A DNA stretch of 62,231 nucleotides, filler included, from Rhabdomonas costata (Eukaryota): assembly GCA_019059605.1 (NCBI GenBank). It is 33 parts of 33 records of this genome, joined end to end, with 100 filler letters (N's around TTAATTAATTAA, not from the genome) between each part and the next. Parts side by side here need not be neighbours in the genome. Positions count along the whole stretch, not along the records: positions 22,676 to 24,465 come from JAHMHO010009024.1; positions 24,566 to 26,351 come from JAHMHO010009025.1; positions 26,452 to 28,241 come from JAHMHO010009026.1; positions 28,342 to 30,130 come from JAHMHO010009027.1; positions 30,231 to 32,018 come from JAHMHO010009028.1; positions 32,119 to 33,907 come from JAHMHO010009029.1; positions 34,008 to 35,796 come from JAHMHO010009030.1; 26 more parts are not named here. One strand, given 5' to 3'. The position numbers and the translations under genes were made by a program. Position 1 is the stretch's first letter; each line of letters starts with the position of its first letter. Positions 23,134 through 34,536 of this stretch are shown piece by piece. The notes below the pieces were generated by a model. The model did not search any database, was not told where the DNA came from, and saw nothing but the letters and a program-made list of their open reading frames with translations.

Positions 23134-23665
23134 CGGAAGTATGGCGGTCCCCCTTGGTCAGCAACACTATGGCCTGCAGGGCCTCCATGAACTTCCTGTA
23201 TTGCTCCGGGCTGCGGTGCACCAGCAAGTCTCGCAGGAAGGCACACACCGCGGGCTGGTGCGGCAGGTCCAGCCCCAAACTGCAGGGCTCCCGAGTCAGC
23301 TCGAAGGGGTTGTGCAGCAGGGCGTGCGCCGCGAAGAACTCCTGCAGGCTGAGGTGGCTGAAGCTCACTGGGGCGTCCAGCTCGTGCAGCCTTCCTACCC
23401 AAAGCATCGTGGCCTCGCGTAACATCGCATCCACGGCCTGCCTTTCCTGCTCGCTCTCCTCGGAGGGTCCCACTGGATTCGCAATGGCCGAGGAAGAAGA
23501 GGTGGATGAGGTGGAGGGACCAGAGCAGCCGGGATCGGCATGGCTCCGAAGTTGACGGAGGAAACTCTCCCATTGGGAGGTGTGCGTGTGTGGGGGGGAT
23601 GCGCCATCTGCCGCAGCACAGCTCCACCGCGCGCACCTGGCAGGCCTGCCGCAGAGCAGCGACAT
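22913..23665 (-). CDS. NACHT (STAND) NTPase winged-helix region followed by the start of pentapeptide repeats (NACHT-pentapeptide-WD40-type protein), fragment
   Basis: VSFSHLSLQEFFAAHAL (FxHxSxQEF motif), AFLRDLL, then AAANAMTIV...RGWDLSCCRFPGADLDG (cf. AAANAITIL...FxGxDLxxIRIPGADL). Donor CAG|gtcctt at 22912. 5' boundary uncertain. Confidence 0.78.
23092..23132. repeat. (CTG)~13 microsatellite encoding poly-Ser in the NACHT-like exon
   Basis: Uninterrupted tgc run, read as AGC (Ser) codons in the minus-strand frame. Confidence 0.9.
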
Positions 23666-24617
23666 CTGCATAGCTGCTACTTTGCATAAGACCCCACCCC
23701 GTTACCTGACTGTGAGGTCTTTGATACGTGTGATTACGCAGTTGTTGCGCATCCCTTTGTCAGTCAAGGGCAAAATATGCAAACGTGGAACGGACGCCCG
23801 GGAAGTCAAGAGCAAAATATTGCCGATCGCTGGAAACACTGATATATGGTAGTCAACGGAAACAGTGATATATGGTTAGCTCGTTTATGACCACCACTCT
23901 AAACTATTTCCACGTGGGAGAACGCAATCGGTTTGCAACTGTGTGTGTCGATCTGTGCGAACCCACCAAATAAAAGTTCACATGATTCAATGGCAATCCT
24001 TCACTTTTATACAAATTGAGAAAATGCATGACAAAAAGAATCAATTTTTGCCGCCTTCACTGGAAATTCTTAAACGGTCCGCATAACGCGTTTTGTTTGT
24101 AACATTTCAACCCTGTCGCTGATTGTCGTGAAGCTGGTGTCCAAAACCACCGTTGGTTACGAGGCGTACGACCACATTAAGCCACGGAATGTTGTCAAAA
24201 AAAGCACTGGCACAAAAGCACAAAAGCAGCATTTTTTGATTCCCTGCTTATTTCTTCGCGGTCTCCAAGCCATGACGGTTTGCAAAAACACAACACTTAC
24301 ACTACAAGCTATGCTATCCAAAACGATCTTCGGGAACTTAAAAAACAAATAAATGGAAAAGATATCAACTACAAACCAAAGAACTGAATTGAACAAAACA
24401 CCCGCCAGGCCAGGGGTACATGGGGCACAAAGCGGCCAACGTATGCCATATGAGAAAAAACCACANNNNNNNNNNNNNNNNNNNNNNNNNNNNNNNNNNN
24501 NNNNNNNNNTTAATTAATTAANNNNNNNNNNNNNNNNNNNNNNNNNNNNNNNNNNNNNNNNNNNNGGTTGGTGGTGGGTTGGTGCGTTCTATGGGGTGTA
24601 TGGGGTGGGCGATGCTC

Positions 24618-24859
24618 CGTTTAGCACTGCTAAAGCTTTAGCGGTACAAAGGTTTAGCGGTGCTAAACGTCCGAATCAGGCACACCTTTGGGGATGTTAT
24701 TTCTAGGACACGGAGGTTAGGTAAATTGTATCAACTACCTTTTCAACATTTTTTTTTTAGCGAAATGGGGTTTGGTATACAGTTTTTCTGACCCCTAGAC
24801 GTAGATATTTTGATCTGATAGAGGTTTCGAAAGTTGTGGCCGTTTAGCAGTGCTAAACG
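24618..24859. mobile_element. MITE-like element with 17-bp self-palindromic terminal inverted repeats
   Basis: cgtttagcactgctaaa (24618-24634) is the reverse complement of tttagcagtgctaaacg (24843-24859). Additional tttagcgg / tgctaaacg copies at ~24637-24669. Non-coding interior. Confidence 0.5.
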
Positions 24860-26831
24860 CTTAACCCCCCCCCCCCCCCAAAAAAAATACAAGGGGCGCC
24901 GAAAACTAGCCGTAGATCAGAAAGGATAGTTCACCATCCTGGTTGCGCCACTCGCTACACAATGTGTACCACAGTGCCTGACAAGAGAAAACTGATGCCA
25001 ACACAAAAAGACCTTGATTTTTTTCATGTGCTCGAAAATTTTTCACAACATAGTCACAATCCAAAATATAGACGGGTCTGCTGGAGTGTCCGCGGCACTC
25101 CCGGTCATCACCTCTGTGCCTCCGCAGGTACCGGCTCGAACCCACCCGAGTGCAGCATTCAAAACCACAGAACACAGAGGCCTGGAACGCAGATCATGTC
25201 TGGACACAGTCTTGCAGGGAATGCACGCAGCGAAGTGGGTCGGTCGGTCTCGCTGTGGAAAGCACATACTGGAAATGGCCGTACGAACAATGGCAAAAAC
25301 ACAAGCGTGTAAGGGCGTTAAAAACCTGCGGGGGCAGCGCTGAGGGGTCAAACTTCAGCTGCGCGAAGTAGAAAGGGCTCGTCCTATAGGCCATGGCGAA
25401 TTGCTCCGCGGTTCTCGGGGCGCCGTGGGAAAGGCTTTCGGGGGACAGGAATCGAACCCCCTCCTTTGTGGGAACCTGCGGAGGTCCACGCAGGAAACAG
25501 CAGTGCAACACAGGCAAAGTCCTAAAATTGGCGCAGGAAGAATGGATGAGGCAGGGAGCCACAGCAGAGACCCAAGAAGGGCGAAGAGAGGTGAGCGGTC
25601 GCACACAGTTGGTATTGGACCCAGAAATGACCTGAATGCATCACTATTTTGTGACATCGCGAACAAAAGCAGAAAGGGGTTAAGTTTGAGAGATCAGTGT
25701 GTGTCTGACACCGCAAATTAGAAGAATATTTGGTGAATGCAATCCCCAGTGGAACATCATTTACCATCGGGGTTCAAAAGGATAAGAGCCACGTCAGGAG
25801 ATGTGCGCTGCATTAACAAACTTTGAGGGGAGGGAGCTTTAACAAAGAGAAAGAAAGATCAGCATGGTACCCCACAGGGTCAGCAGTGAGAAGCCCAGAC
25901 AGAACCACTCCGGCTCGTTCAGGCTGCAGTTCACGCTGGTGCTGCAGAACTTCACTCCGCAGCCCGCCTGAAAACCCATGAAAACCCCTGAGAACACACC
26001 AACCATAACGCTCAGCTGTTCGCATTGGGGGCAACAAGAAAGGAATTCCCCTGTTTACCAGCCCAGCAATTCATAAAAACAATCTGTAAAAAATTTTTGC
26101 AACGCTTTGCAACGCCTCCACGGGCATTTCAGTTCATGGCCTCCTCGCCGCGATTTTCGCGGAAATCTGGTCCTTCGTTCTTGGCAACGAAGCGAAGGTT
26201 AGCTCTGACCTCCTGTTGGTTTCTCTGCCCTTCACAGAAGGTTCTTTCTCCCTTTGCAGGTTGGGTGCCTGCCAAAGTTTATTCATGTCCTATTTCTTCA
26301 CCTGTGGACAAAGGAAGCCCCTGGATAACCCATAAAAACTCCACAAACACCNNNNNNNNNNNNNNNNNNNNNNNNNNNNNNNNNNNNNNNNNNNNTTAAT
26401 TAATTAANNNNNNNNNNNNNNNNNNNNNNNNNNNNNNNNNNNNNNNNNNNNGTGGTTGGGGGGGACCATGGGGAAGAGTCTCGTAAAGTGGTGTATGTTG
26501 GGCGCACGACGGCCTGATTGACTGTTGGCGAGCACTGTGGAATGACGGGCGCACGCGCGCTGTTGGCCACGGGTGCCGGCGAGAGGTATCGTTGGAGCGA
26601 ACGGTACCAGGCATCGCCCTTCAAACACCATTCGAATCATCTGCTCGAATCACAGGGAGGGAGCACTGCCCGGTGATCCCATGCAAGCCTTCTGTATAGA
26701 TCACTGGAGGATCATTCCCGCCCTCTAACGACATCAACTTTCCGGTTTCCGATTTCTTTTCAAGCTGATATTGTCCGCAGTGTGGTCGAAAGCCGTGCTG
26801 ATCTCCAGGAGCTTTGACGTACGAACACACA

Positions 26832-26872
26832 TACCATATACCATATACCATATACCATATACCATATACCAT
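26832..26872. repeat. (TACCATA)n heptamer tandem repeat, ~6 units
   Basis: taccatataccatataccatataccatataccatataccat seen directly. Confidence 0.9.
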
Positions 26873-26955
26873 ACACATACACATACGACATATATCTGGG
26901 AGAAAGGAAGGGAGGAGGGTGGTTCGGGATGAGCAAGGTATGATGGTGCGGAAAC

Positions 26956-27469
26956 CTTTTCTGTGGGTGGGCTTCTGCACCCGAGAGGGGCTCTCAGGCT
27001 CTGTCCGAGCAGGGGCTCCCACAGGAGGGCCTCCGGCCATAGCTGTGGTGATGGCGGGGGTGCCCGAGGAGGTTGCGCCGGAGCCGGTGTCCTCTTCGGG
27101 GTGCCCCTCGCGCCACATCTGCACGAACTTCCCCACTAGGGTGTCCTCCAGGGCCTCGTCGCCCTCATCGTCACCTTCCGCTGACGGACGCGACCCCTGC
27201 AAGAGAGGGCGAGGGATCGAGAGCAAGAGCGAGTGTGTGTGTGCGTGTGCGTGTGCACGTGAGGGTGAAAGGAGGAGAACTCTGATTGAGCAGCTGAAAT
27301 GATCTCAAGCACCGCTGGAGTGACTGGCGGTTCCACCCCCCGGGAAAGTGTTAGAATCATCATGAGAAAGGCATCGACATCGACTCTGCCTGCCCTTGAA
27401 CGCTCTTCGCTGAGCTCTCTGCGATTGTGGGAATCGAGGAGGACCCCTGCTCCAGGATTGAGCAGCGCT
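26956..27469 (-). CDS. Two exons (27469-27313, 27196-26956) of a hypothetical protein with an acidic/low-complexity region
   Basis: GT-AG bounded, in-phase join ...DAFLMMILTLSRGVEPPVTPA/GSRPSAEGDDEGDEALEDTLVGKFVQMWRE... Confidence 0.5.
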
Positions 27470-29649
27470 CTGCGGGCTCAGAGATGGCGTATGCAAGTTG
27501 TGGCGGGTGCAGGAATCCCCACAGCTGGTTGACAACCCTGTCCGACGACCAACCTGCTGGTTCGACTTCAGGCGTACAGACACAAAGCAAGGATGCCCAG
27601 AACAAGGAACCATGGATATAGTGTCATGGACGGAATGGTGAGGAGACGGTGTTGGTGTTTTATGGGAACCCCCCATCAGGGCAGAAGACCCAAGGCAGAA
27701 AACCTCGCACGGGGTTAGGAGTGATCCGCGTGCCACCTGGGGCAGGTAGGTCTCGCATACGGTTAGGTGGCGATGCACACGCCCCTAGATGCATGTTACA
27801 ACATGTTGCAACATATTCTCAATGCATCCATTCCTTGGGTCGTAAAAGGCACCGCAATACAATGCCCCTAAGCCTTCAGGAACGGCAAACACCCGCTGTT
27901 TTTGTCAGCAGCTGCTGCCCCCCTATTATGCTCGGAGTGCTTGCGGGAGTCCATCAAACAGCTGCTTGAGCAAACTGAGCGAAGCCGCCGCCACTGCCAA
28001 CGGCCAACGCTACAAAAGTGCGGCCAAAGACATCAAGCCAAGCACCCCAATCATACTGAGAGTCCGGTTTTCGCGGCAAAGGCCTCACAGGTGAACCACA
28101 CAGTCATCGGTTCATTGAAGGACCGTTGCCGAATGGAAATGAGGTCTGCGAGGCAGCTTCTCACAAAGAATGGTAGGTGCAAGCGTGCCCACACACACAC
28201 CGCTATCTGGTACATCAGTGCCCTTTTCTTTCCAACCCCACNNNNNNNNNNNNNNNNNNNNNNNNNNNNNNNNNNNNNNNNNNNNTTAATTAATTAANNN
28301 NNNNNNNNNNNNNNNNNNNNNNNNNNNNNNNNNNNNNNNNNAACGGCACCTCTGGAAGGTGCACCACCCAATATCCAAGCTACTAGAAACAGCCGCAGCA
28401 GCAGCCCGGAAGAGGAGCCGATGCAAACACCTGCGCCTCCGGCACTGGCACCCACCTCCGGCACGTGCAGCAACGACAGGAGCCTGCGAACGCTGGGCCT
28501 CTGTTTCGCGTAATTTGCGTTCTAATCAATTCTAATTCTAATCAATCAATTCCCTTGCGATTACCCAAAAGCATTTGACAAAGGTCGATTAGAAAAAGCC
28601 TCATCACACAGTAAAAATGGCAAATAACTCGCTTTATCTTTTTTTCGTCATAGCTAAGTCTCCAATTGCCCACACTCATACGATTCTTACCACTGACATA
28701 CCCACCCCACTTACGCACGGAGTACTTCTTTTTCCATCATTTTGGCCATTTCAAGACAACACAAAACACGTTTTGCATTGATTTTAGCACCTTTTCCCCC
28801 GAAAAAGCCAAATGGGACACTTTTGCGTTATCAGAACAAGGCACGTACGCCCACCGTTCCACAAGTGGTCAATGTTGCTCCACAATGTGGCAGACAGTCT
28901 TCCATAAAAACCAACATCCACCCAATTGTTGAGATGGGGGCTCCAGTTGGTGAATTTTTGTCCGAAAAATGCAGGACAGAGCCTGCAACACGCTAGAAGA
29001 AAAGAAAGTATTTGCTCACATTTGAAATCAGTGCAATTCATCCCAAGAGCATCGCGGCTGCATGGTGTGGTGATTGTGTTCAGAAACAGATCCCGCACTT
29101 CCTGGACATATCGCAGAATGAAACACTTATACACACGAGATGGAAAAAAATAAAGCCATCGTTTAATTCAAGACAGACTGGCTAGCCACCGCATCGATTG
29201 CTGAACAATGGCAATGGCAGTTGGCAAATTGTGCCAGAAGCAAGATGCTGGCCAGGAATTAAACTCCATGTGCAAGACATTGTAGAGTAAATGCTTGTGA
29301 ATGGATGAGCCATTGCCTTTCTTCTACATGTTCTCCATGTTACATTAATGCTTCCAAACTTCCTCAACGCCTGAGTCCGCTCCATCACCACATCTTCACA
29401 ACTATACATGCAGTCACTCAAGAAGCACGGTGTGAAAACCCAAACCGATTCAAAGAATAACCAGGCTTTATGAACTGGGGGTATGAGGAGGGTCTGCATG
29501 AAGTCCATGCATTAGGTTGACAGGGGGTGGCCCCGGAACGTGGCATTGCATTTCATTTCTAGGTACTAAAGCAAATGTCAATCGTACGGTACGCTGTGCA
29601 CAAAGCTGGACGAAGAAAGACACCACCTTCTCTACAAGCTCACACACAC

Positions 29650-29742
29650 CTGGATGGCACTAGCTGGGCCAATGCCTCGCACCCGAGGGCAGTAGTCGCA
29701 GTCCAGCAGAATGAAGAGGTCCACAAACTGCTTTTTCGAGAG
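29650..29742 (-). CDS. FEN1/XPG-family nuclease H3TH exon (divergent)
   Basis: LSKKQFVDLFILLDCDYCPRVRGIGPASAIQ matches the FEN1 pattern EQFVDLCILLGxDYC..I.GIGP..A. 93 nt, acceptor ttaag|, donor CAG|gtgtgt. Confidence 0.8.
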
Positions 29743-30392
29743 CTTAAACAATTTTCCGCGTAAAGAAGAAGACAAACGATTGCTCAACCGCGGGATCACA
29801 TACATCGCCCAATCCGGTTCCATAAAACGTAGTTCACCAGCGAGCTAAAGCACTACTGATCACTACTTACCTAAACACGACCGAGAATTTAATATTTTTA
29901 CGCCTTGATAAACGAGCCATGAGAAAGCGGTAATGGACGATAAAGGATGGCTTGGTGGACACGTTTAGTTCACTACGTTCGAAGCTAGTGGTGGGTGTGG
30001 GAGGTAGGTGGATGTGTGGTGTGATGGTGAGACGGTGTACCTATAGCCTTATTAGTTTTTAATGAGACCGAAAAAGGGGCCCGGCTGTATTTTGGGCGGT
30101 GAGAAGACGCTAATTTTCAGTGCATACGCTNNNNNNNNNNNNNNNNNNNNNNNNNNNNNNNNNNNNNNNNNNNNTTAATTAATTAANNNNNNNNNNNNNN
30201 NNNNNNNNNNNNNNNNNNNNNNNNNNNNNNAAATTCCATTTCAATCCAAGGTTTGTATGCGCCAAGGCTGTTACAGCTGGGTTTGCCCGTGTTCTCTGAC
30301 GACAGATTTCGCTACCCCCTTTTTTTTTTCAGCCCCCAGCAGCAGCATAGGTGCCATTTCAGCCATTGAGTGAAGTTTTGTGTGGCATCTAG

Positions 30393-31678
30393 GCACTTGA
30401 CTGAGTTCGTGGGGCTTGATCTGGAGATGACGATCAAAGAGCACTACTTCGAGATCCTGGACGTCGCGGAGGCGATGTTCGTGCACATCTTTAAGGGGCT
30501 GCTGACGAAGTTCCGCCCCTACCTGGACATGGTGCGCGAGCAGTACCCTTTTGAGGACTTGGTGGCCCAAGTTCCATTGGAAAAGGTTCTCTCCTGCCTC
30601 CAGCTTTCATATGCTATACAGTTGCAGGTTGTGGGGGTCATGCACAGTGGGGGAGGATGCTCCTTCTGTAAAAACCGTGGTCCAACGTCGACGTCGCTGT
30701 GTCGGGTTTGCAACGGGACGGGCTGGTGGCGTGCTTTTATGATCGTATGCTTGGCCGTACTTCCCTCCAGAGGTTGACGCTCTCCGAGCGTGTGTACTAT
30801 GCTTCCTTTTCAAAAACGTGAGTTTATGCAGTTCTCTTCTCCTAAATCGATGGTCTTGGCAAAACTGTCAGAATCCTTTCTTTCTCAATCAGATATGATA
30901 GAGAAGGTTGCGATGGGAGGGGAGGAAGGGAGCGGAGAGGTGTTCTAGGCCGCAGTGTTGGGGATCAGATTGACGAACTGGGAATGACCGTCCTTGAGGA
31001 GCAGGCCGCAGGGAAGTCTGTGGCGCCTCGGGACCCGGGCCGAGTCCGCAACCGGGACATCCGGGTGCTGCGGCTGCCCTACCCCGCCGGGGTGGCTATG
31101 TTGAACACCAAGCTGGCCGAGCTGCGGCCGCTTAGCCGGGCAGAGCTGCAGCAGCAGTACGGGATCAAGACCAAGAATGACTACGAGAAGACCCAGTGCC
31201 TTGCGGTGCGTCCCCTGTGTGCGGCCTGTGTGGGGTGTGGGTGGGTGTGCCTTCGGCAGAGTGGGCTGGACATTTGCCACCCCGTTTGTTTGTTTGTGTT
31301 GTTCGGTTCCACATTTCCGAAATCGCAGGGTGGATACAGACTGTTTTGTGGTTGTTCTCTCGCTTTTCCATTCCAGTTTAAGGTTTGTCTGCTTGATTAT
31401 TTTCCGCTGTGGTTCTGACTCAGGCCATTGCTTTTTGGTTCAGTGAGTTCGTCCCATAACTTTGGGGATGAGATTGGGGGCATTCGGGGAGGGGGATTTT
31501 TTCGGATTCTTAGGACATGGGACCTATGGATGATCTCAGCACCCAGAACGAGAAGCTCCTGGGCCGAGTCGTGAAGCAGAAGTACGGGGTTGACTTCTTT
31601 ATCATGGATCGCTACCCTTCCCCTGTGCGCTCGTTCTACACCATGCCCTGTGCTGACGATCCAAACTACACCAACTCA
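30393..31678 (+). CDS. DARS: Cytosolic-type aspartyl-tRNA synthetase, exons 30393-30585, 30969-31205, 31514-31678
   Basis: RHLTEFVGLDLEM (motif 2 region), EHYFEILD, QYPFE, DDLSTQNEKLLGRVVKQKYGVDFFIMDRYPSPVRSFYTMPCADDPNYTNS. All GT-AG and in phase. Confidence 0.95.
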
Positions 31679-32257
31679 GTGTGCCGCTTCTCTCCCGACT
31701 TGTTTTTTCACCTAGCGAACTTAACACAATTGAATTATTGTTCTGCAACTACCAGATTCCTTGCCACAACTGATGCCCTTTTCTTTTCTGTGCTTACCAA
31801 ACTTTTGCCACCTCATCATCGACTCAGCGACTTGCTGGACGTAAACTCGCTTGCATTATTTGGGATTGTTGGACAGGGGGCACGTGCGTCAACCCCTGTG
31901 ATAGAATCGGGCGAACAGAATGAGAACAAATAAAGTGTTTGGAAGAATGCATGCAGGAAATGGTATTTGAAAACATGGTTCTCGATGATGAGGTGGCAAA
32001 AGTTTGGTAACCTCACAANNNNNNNNNNNNNNNNNNNNNNNNNNNNNNNNNNNNNNNNNNNNTTAATTAATTAANNNNNNNNNNNNNNNNNNNNNNNNNN
32101 NNNNNNNNNNNNNNNNNNTTTTTTGGGGACATTCTCGAGTCACTGGACACTGAAGCAGATACAACTTTTCTTCCTGCGTCCCGCATGGTTAGCACAATGG
32201 TTATACTGTTTTTTGTAAATCATAATCCTTGGTGTCACAGGTTCTGCTCCATCACAG

Positions 32258-33907
32258 GACCGTATGGAGGCCGCAAGGAGGGATCTCCAGGATGAGATGG
32301 AGGAGGTCCTGGCAGCCTTTGGGGGGGCCTCGGGCTCTTTCGAGGCCGGAGGCGCGGCGGACGTTGACGAGTTTGGGCGGTCTATCAGCCGGGTGAAGGC
32401 GGCACGGGCGCGGAGGAGGGAGGCCAGGGCTGCTGCACGGGCGGAGCGGCGGGCGAAGAACAAGAAGCTGGACGGGGTGCCCGAGGGGCAGTCTACCGAA
32501 GAGTCTGACAGCGAAGATGAGGTTAGGCGGCTATCCTTTCAGAGCCGCACAATCGCTGCCGCCGCCGTTATTATTGCTATTGTGATTGGAGGCCCGCGAT
32601 CTCATTCATTGCTCCGTAGAATACAGAAGAACGGCGTTGGCGTAGCAGCCCCACTCCCATTGCTCAGGCGCCTTTATCGTATGGAACGGATTTTTTTTTA
32701 GCTGTCTTCTGTGTGACAGTTGGAATTTGGATCCTTGGTTGAGCGACTTAATCCACGACAACTGAAATGGAAGGGTACGGGTTTCATTGAAGTGACGGAA
32801 GATTGCACTTGAGGTGGATTTTTTCGCCCACGCAATGGAAAAACCCGAACGTACCCTGCGTGGGCTGCAAACGTTCCTGGTGGAGAGCTACCTGGTCCCA
32901 TCCCAACGAGTGACAATATCTGCATTTTCTTGCACAGGAGCGGTACAAGTCCAAGATATCATCGGAGCTGAAGGCCCTGGGCGCGGTCTTTCAGGACGTC
33001 GACCCCAGCTTCGCTTCCCTGGAGAAAGTGCGGGCCCATTTGGAGCGCTTCCGCTCGAAGTACGCCACGGCGTACGCCGACTCTTACGCCGGGCTCTCGC
33101 TGTCCATGGCCTTCGGACCCTTCGCCAGCATGGAGCTGGCCTCGTGGCACCCGCTGAGGCAGTTCACGGCCATCGCAGAGGCTCGGTGGTTCACCGAACT
33201 CCTCGACTTTGGGGTGCAGACTGGCAAGGGGGTGGAGTCTGGGGAGCTCACTCTGGTCTGCTGTCCATTGGTGTTCCTGTTTCGGCGACGCTTTTGTGAA
33301 TGCCCTGGCTGGACTTCTAGCGCGGCAAGGACCGCCTGTGTCCGCTTTGGAAGCGGCGGTTTTTCTCCAGCGGGGACAGAAACTGGAATCTGTCGTCATA
33401 TCACAATATAAGCCGTGCATTGTTTGTAGTGCGAGTCGCTTCGCTGCCGGAGACACCGGATGAGGAGGTTGTGTATGAGCAGAAAATTGCATGCAACTTT
33501 CCCTGGTCGCTGGTCCCCACCTGCAGGGTACCCACTGGGCTGTCTTGGTTTCTGTTGTGTGCGCCGTAATCATTTTCTTAGTGCTCAAATGATGGGAAAA
33601 TGTGACGGGTCTGGTGCCTTGTGTCGTGGTGGGAATCATCTCGGGACACGAATGCACTTCCAACTCCAAACGACAACCAGTAACTGAGTTTGGGGCCGAC
33701 AAAAAAGGCTTATTCCCACCAGCTGATTGTGTTCACTCTATCCCGTCTCACCGCTCGCTCGCCCACCTCTCAGGTTCCCCAAATTGTGAAGGAGCGGGTG
33801 GTGCCCCTGGCGGTACTCTACCTGGCCCACGCCTACAACCCCTTCTCCGCGGCCCACACCCGCAACGCCCGGCTGCTGGTGCAGGACCTGCTCCTCTACC
33901 ACACCCC
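32258..33907 (+). CDS. GCFC-domain protein (PAXBP1/GCFC2/ILP1-like splicing-associated factor), exons 32258-32521, 32938-33255, 33774-33907
   Basis: DVDEFGR, EGQSTEESDSEDE, VFQDVDPSFASLEKVRAHLERFRSKYATAYADSYAGLSL...ELASWHPL...WF, VPQIVKERVVP...YNPFSAAHTRN. GT-AG in-phase junctions. Confidence 0.82.
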
Positions 33908-34007
33908 NNNNNNNNNNNNNNNNNNNNNNNNNNNNNNNNNNNNNNNNNNNNTTAATTAATTAANNNNNNNNNNNNNNNNNNNNNNNNNNNNNNNNNNNNN
34001 NNNNNNN

Positions 34008-34536
34008 GTGTGGGGGTCAACCGCGTGGTTCAAGGGAGGGGGGGTGAGGGGGTAGAAGCTCGCGAACTGGATTTGCAGTGGCGGCCTGAGCACCTGTCGG
34101 TGTAGCAGCCATATTCGGGCAGCGCAGAGTGCCTGAAGCGATGGTGGGGCTGTGAGGAGTACGATGTGTCGGACTGTTTCCTGAACCCTGCGCAGCTCCA
34201 TTCTTTCTTTGCAGCGGTGGCAGTGGCGGTTTATGGTGGTATTGCTTGGAGGACAAGGAAGAAAGAGTCAAACTCATACAGATGCGTACACCTGTCCAGC
34301 CTGCGGCGGTGCTCCTGCAGGGTCTCGCGGTCACGCTTGAGCTCCAGCTTGGCCAGCTCGCACTGCTGCGTCACCCGGGCCACGGACGCCTGCGACGCCC
34401 GCAGCGCAGCGACCAGCGTGCGCTTCTCATCAGTGCTCTGCTGCAGCCGGCGCTGCGAGCTGTGCAGAAGCTTCACCACGGCCTCGTTCTGCTGGAGCAG
34501 GGCCTCCATCTCGTTGCCCCGACGCTGCTTTTGCTT
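34008..34536 (-). CDS. Coiled-coil protein with a possible BC-box/SOCS-box-like motif, exons 34536-34292 and 34202-contig edge
   Basis: Coiled-coil exon bounded by ttgcag| and AG|gtgtac. The next in-phase exon gives RMELRRVQETVRHIVLLTAPPSLQALCAARI. Confidence 0.5.

Noticed and set aside
23088..23687. Poly-Gln ORF (and poly-Leu ORF on the plus strand)
   Set aside because: Alternative-frame readings of the CTG repeat. The frame with NACHT motifs reads poly-Ser.
25440..25520. tRNA on the minus strand (GGTTCGATTCC)
   Set aside because: Only a B-box-like 11-mer; no A box, weak T stem, no cloverleaf.
28784..29508. piggyBac-like transposase remnant (EDVVMERTQALRKFGSINVT)
   Set aside because: The catalytic D-N-x-F motif is absent; similarity is too weak.
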